64,000 nt of DNA. Source: Mobula hypostoma. Taxonomy: Eukaryota. The notes beneath the pieces were generated by a model. It was not told where the DNA came from. It was given only the letters and a program-made list of their open reading frames with translations, and made no database searches. The position numbers and the translations under genes were made by a program. Positions 62,731 to 64,000 of the stretch are shown one piece after another; the first letter of the stretch is position 1, and each line of letters opens with the position of its first letter. The stretch is taken from assembly GCF_963921235.1 (NCBI RefSeq), contig NC_086098.1, positions 1,426,001 to 1,490,000 on the forward strand, in the 5' to 3' direction.

Positions 62731-63029
62731 TTAGCGTGTCAGCGCGCTTTTAATTCTCTGTTGGGGCGACAGTGCGGTTTTAATTCTCTTTTGGAGTGGC
62801 AGCGCGGTTTTAATTCACTGCTGGCGTGAGAGTGCGGTTTTAATTCTCTGTTAGAGTGGCAGTGAGGTTTAATTCGCTGTTAGAGTGACAGTGCGGTTTT
62901 AATTCTCTGCTGGCGTGACAGTGCGGTTTTAATTCACTGCTGGCGTGACAGTGGGGTTTTAATTCTCTATTAGAGTGGCAGTGCGCTTTTAATTCTCTGT
63001 TAGATCGGCAGTGCGGTTTTAATTCACTG
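62731..63029. repeat. Minisatellite, 10 units of 30 bp (one 29 bp), consensus TTAGAGTGRCAGTGCGGTTTTAATTCWCTG
   Basis: Units start at 62731, 62761, 62791, 62821, 62851, 62880, 62910, 62940, 62970 and 63000. Confidence 0.95.
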
Positions 63030-63276
63030 TAGCCATTGTCCTATTTATTGTGGAAGCTTTTAATTATTCTCGCTGAACATACGCCGGTTTTCTGTCACCG
63101 GTTATAGGTTGATGTAAACAGAAGCACGACTGAAGAAGAACCAGCACACTTGCTCTATTTTACACGTCAACCCACACGGATAAAATCAGGACAAGTGTCA
63201 TTTTGTTCTGACAATTGATATGCCCTTCCGGCCCAATAAGCCTGCGCCGCCCAATTACATCCACGTAAGCAATTAA

Positions 63277-63560
63277 CACACACAAAATGCTGCAGGAACT
63301 CAGCAGGCCAGGCAGCATCTATAGAAAAAATATAGTCAACGTTTCGGGCCGCAAAGTCCCTCCAGCATTGTGTGTGTGTTGCTCAGAGTTCAAGCATCTG
63401 CAGATTTTATTTGTTTGTCTAGTAACCACTTAACCTTTCCTCACCTTATTCTGGCTTCTTCCGGGTGAAGCGTCTGGGCCGAAACGTCCATAGATGATAC
63501 CCGACCTGCTGAGTTCCTCCCGCATTTTGACTGCGTTCGTTACTCTGGATTTCCAGCAGC
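63277..63560. mobile_element. Cluster of degenerate Penelope pseudo-LTR pieces on both strands
   Basis: CACACACAAAATGCTGCAGGAACTCAGCAGG..GTCAACGTTTCGGGCC on the minus strand and TGAAGCGTCTGGGCCGAAACGTC on the plus strand. Confidence 0.65.
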
Positions 63561-63648
63561 CCTTGGGTGTTTTATTGTTTATAATGGTGGCACCACAATC
63601 TGGTATGGAGGGATCACTGCACGGGATCGGGAAAAGCAGCAGGAAGCG

Positions 63649-63745
63649 GCAACACACATCAAAGTTGCTGGTGAACGCAGCAGGCCAGGCAGCATCTATA
63701 GGAAGAGGCGCAGTCGACGTTTCAGGCCGAGACCCTTCGTCAGGA
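63649..63745 (-). mobile_element. Young Penelope pseudo-LTR mini-element with intact hammerhead core, inserted in a Rex1-like remnant (63585-64000)
   Basis: The minus strand starts TCCTGACGAAGGGTCTCGGCCTGAAACGTCGACT. Direct repeat CAGGAAGCGGCA at 63640-63651 and 63741-63752. Confidence 0.85.
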
Positions 63746-64000
63746 AGCGGCAGACCACACCAACTCCACCATGGGCACCAGCCTCTCCAAAGTCGACGAC
63801 ATCGAAAGACCTCAAAAAGGCAGCATCAATCAGTAAGGACCACCATCACACAGGACATGTCCTCTTTGCATTGCTATCATCACGTAGGAGCTGCAGAAGC
63901 CTGAAGACCCGCTTCCAAGTTTCAAGAACAGCCTCTTCTCCTCCGCCGTCGGGTTTCTGAATGGACCACGAACTCACGTACATTACCTTAGTATTTTTTT

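Noticed and set aside
62731..63029. CRISPR-like array (constant core with variable segments)
   Set aside because: The variable segments are about 12 nt, related to each other and recurrent rather than unique spacers. There are no cas genes and the context is vertebrate. It is a minisatellite.

Overview
Vertebrate, repeat-dense, apparently intergenic or intronic DNA. No recognisable host protein-coding gene, rRNA, tRNA or CRISPR array was found. The transposon repertoire (CR1-dominated, plus Rex1/Babar, Penelope, V-SINE, Tx1, R4/Dong, Charlie-type hAT and a PNMA-type Gypsy) suggests a cartilaginous fish; this is inference only. Positions 1-46 kb are an almost continuous stack of nested, decayed retroelements with a 2.7-kb TG-rich tract. 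From about 46.6 kb the DNA is mostly unique non-coding sequence with promoter- or enhancer-like stretches. Main points of interest: (i) a Penelope-like element whose 3' pseudo-LTR holds a minimal type-I hammerhead ribozyme, plus a young dispersed family of 90-135 bp ribozyme-headed mini-copies with target-site duplications; (ii) a 1.37-kb-arm CR1 inverted repeat whose arms share non-consensus substitutions; (iii) a five-level nested insertion (CR1>Gypsy>CR1>hAT>CR1 tail) with a tRNA-Pro primer-binding site; (iv) an R4/Dong endonuclease fragment beside a (TAA)n tract; (v) a 10x30-bp minisatellite carrying RUNX-like and homeodomain-like motifs. Family calls come from motif recognition, not database searches, and boundaries of old repeats are approximate.
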